From NCBI GenBank assembly GCA_041082245.1, contig JBDOIE010000110.1:1276-65275 (forward strand): a stretch of DNA of 64,000 nucleotides, in the 5' to 3' direction. Shown in pieces: positions 62,860 to 64,000 of this stretch; the stretch's first letter is position 1; each line of letters starts with the position of its first letter. This DNA comes from Chloroflexia bacterium. GTDB lineage: Bacteria; Chloroflexota; Chloroflexia; DTKN01. Under the pieces are notes generated by a model, which was given only the letters and a program-made list of their open reading frames with translations, made no database searches and had not been told where the DNA came from. Both the position numbers and the translations under genes were made by a program.

Positions 62860-63921
62860 ATGCAGATCCAAGAGGTGCGTGACGGCGCGGCGTGGGACCA
62901 GGCGCTGCTTTCCCTGCCGTGCCCGCACGTCCTTCAATGCTTCCTCTGGGGAGAGGTGAAACGGATCACCGGGTGGGTTCCCCGGAGGTTCCTCTTTCTG
63001 GAAGGCACCGAAGTGCGGGCTGCTGCGAGCGTGCTTGCGCGCCGACTCCCTCTGCTCGGAGCACCGATCCTCTATGTCCCCAAGGGGCCGCTCCTCGCCG
63101 AACTCGGCGACGCCCGCCTGATGGAAGAGGTGCTCGGATTCCTGGAGCAGTTCGGACGGGAAGTGGGGGGCATCCTGCTCAAGATCGACCCGGACTGGCC
63201 GGCGCACACCCCTGAGGCGCGGGATCTCCTGGCACGCCGCGGATGGCGAGCGGGAGAACCGGTACAGTTTCGCAACACGGTGCGCGTGGATCTGCGGGCG
63301 GACGAGGCGACACTGCTCGCGCGCATGAAGCAGAAGACGCGCTACAACATCCGCCTGGCGGAGCGGCACGGGGTCCTGGTGCGGCCCGGAGGGCTAGAGG
63401 ACTTGCCGGCGTTCTATGCGCTGTACCAGGAAACGGGGCACCGTGACGGCTTCCTCATCCGCCCCTACACGTATTACCGCGCCGTGTGGCAGGCGTTCCT
63501 CGAAGCCAGGCTGGCTCAGCTGTTCCTTGCGGAGCACGAGGGGCAATTGCTGGCCGGCGTGCTGGCGTTTCGCTTCGGGCCGACGGTCTGGTACATGTAC
63601 GGGGCTTCGGCGAGCGAGAAACGGGAACTGATGCCGAACTATTTGCTCCAGTGGGCGGTGATACGCTGGGCCAAGGACCAGGGGTGCACAACCTACGACC
63701 TGTGGGGCGCGCCCGAGCGGCTGGAGGAGACAGACCCGCTCTGGGGCGTGTACCGCTTCAAGGCGGGATTCGGGGGGCAGTTCGTGGCGCAGATCGGGGC
63801 CTACGATTACCCCATCCGGCCGGTGCTCTACCGCTTGGTGACCTGGGGGCTTCCGCGGCTGCTCGCGCTCTGGCGGTGGATCCGCAGGCAGCCGACCTTG
63901 CGCGCCGCCGGGCCATCGTAG
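62860..63921 (+). CDS. FemAB-family aminoacyl-tRNA-dependent transferase, second paralog
   Basis: ...KTRYNIRLAERHGVLVR...WYMYGASASEKRELMPNYLLQWAVIRWAKDQGCTTYDLWGAPERLEETDPLWGVYRFKAGFGG. About 50% identical to the 8840..9868 product across the conserved core. Confidence 0.7.
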   Translation: MQIQEVRDGAAWDQALLSLPCPHVLQCFLWGEVKRITGWVPRRFLFLEGTEVRAAASVLARRLPLLGAPILYVPKGPLLAELGDARLMEEVLGFLEQFGREVGGILLKIDPDWPAHTPEARDLLARRGWRAGEPVQFRNTVRVDLRADEATLLARMKQKTRYNIRLAERHGVLVRPGGLEDLPAFYALYQETGHRDGFLIRPYTYYRAVWQAFLEARLAQLFLAEHEGQLLAGVLAFRFGPTVWYMYGASASEKRELMPNYLLQWAVIRWAKDQGCTTYDLWGAPERLEETDPLWGVYRFKAGFGGQFVAQIGAYDYPIRPVLYRLVTWGLPRLLALWRWIRRQPTLRAAGPS

Positions 63922-64000
63922 CGGCCTCTCAGCTCGCATCCGCTCGCCGGGGCACCGGGTATCCTGTAGCGAAGGGCAGGACTGGCGGGTCCGGACAGCC

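Noticed and set aside
61561-63369. 602-aa minus-strand ORF
   Set aside because: Antisense to the aminotransferase and FemAB-2 genes. No family signal.

Overview
This 64 kb window is a high-GC (about 68%) bacterial chromosome segment with Shine-Dalgarno-type GGAGG ribosome-binding sites; genes are densely packed and often translationally coupled. Gene content (an LPXTG sortase substrate, FemAB-family transferases, an archaeal/eukaryal-type prolyl-tRNA synthetase, Hdr/Mvh modules, SelA) suggests a thermophilic monoderm lineage such as Chloroflexota; this taxonomic guess is low confidence. I call about 55 protein genes and found no rRNA, tRNA, CRISPR, transposase or integrase. The main units, in order, are: (1) a minus-strand operon (776-4326) with a consensus promoter, a cobalamin riboswitch aptamer and a terminator expression platform, encoding an LPXTG-anchored prenyltransferase/terpene-cyclase-repeat protein, the adenosyltransferase CobO, a membrane-anchored DUF4430-like protein and endonuclease III; (2) rplU-rpmA-rpmE, tdk and proS, with an ASCH-domain gene and a FemAB-family gene overlapping the proS 3' end; (3) a convergent flippase-like (UPF0104) / PIG-L deacetylase pair and polA; (4) a TPR-repeat-TM-NERD protein; (5) an NMT1-type ABC transporter, an SDR oxidoreductase and a C_GCAxxG_C_C protein; (6) a non-pyrrolysine MttB-family methyltransferase + amidohydrolase + corrinoid protein operon, preceded by a Dpp-like SBP and two permeases with no ATPase, plus a URO-D/MtaA-like gene; (7) ADP-forming acetate-CoA ligase, a DRTGG protein and selA; (8) a standalone FtsK-motor gene coupled to a small membrane protein, next to a roughly 700-bp structured non-coding region; (9) a 13-gene, roughly 19 kb minus-strand operon (37916-56998) fumA/fumB-like - hdrC - hdrB - hdrA - hdrA - GAF histidine kinase - 1490-aa HdrA/GltD-like fusion - CBS - mvhD - FrhB-like - FrdB-like - FrdA-like; (10) grpE-dnaK, a MoaD-like gene, an aminotransferase and a second FemAB paralog. 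Many long ORFs in the six-frame track are antisense or alternate-frame artifacts of GC-rich DNA, and I trimmed Arg/Pro/Gly-rich N-terminal extensions to internal starts that have an RBS. Non-ORF coordinates (promoters, hairpins) are approximate to about +/-2 nt.
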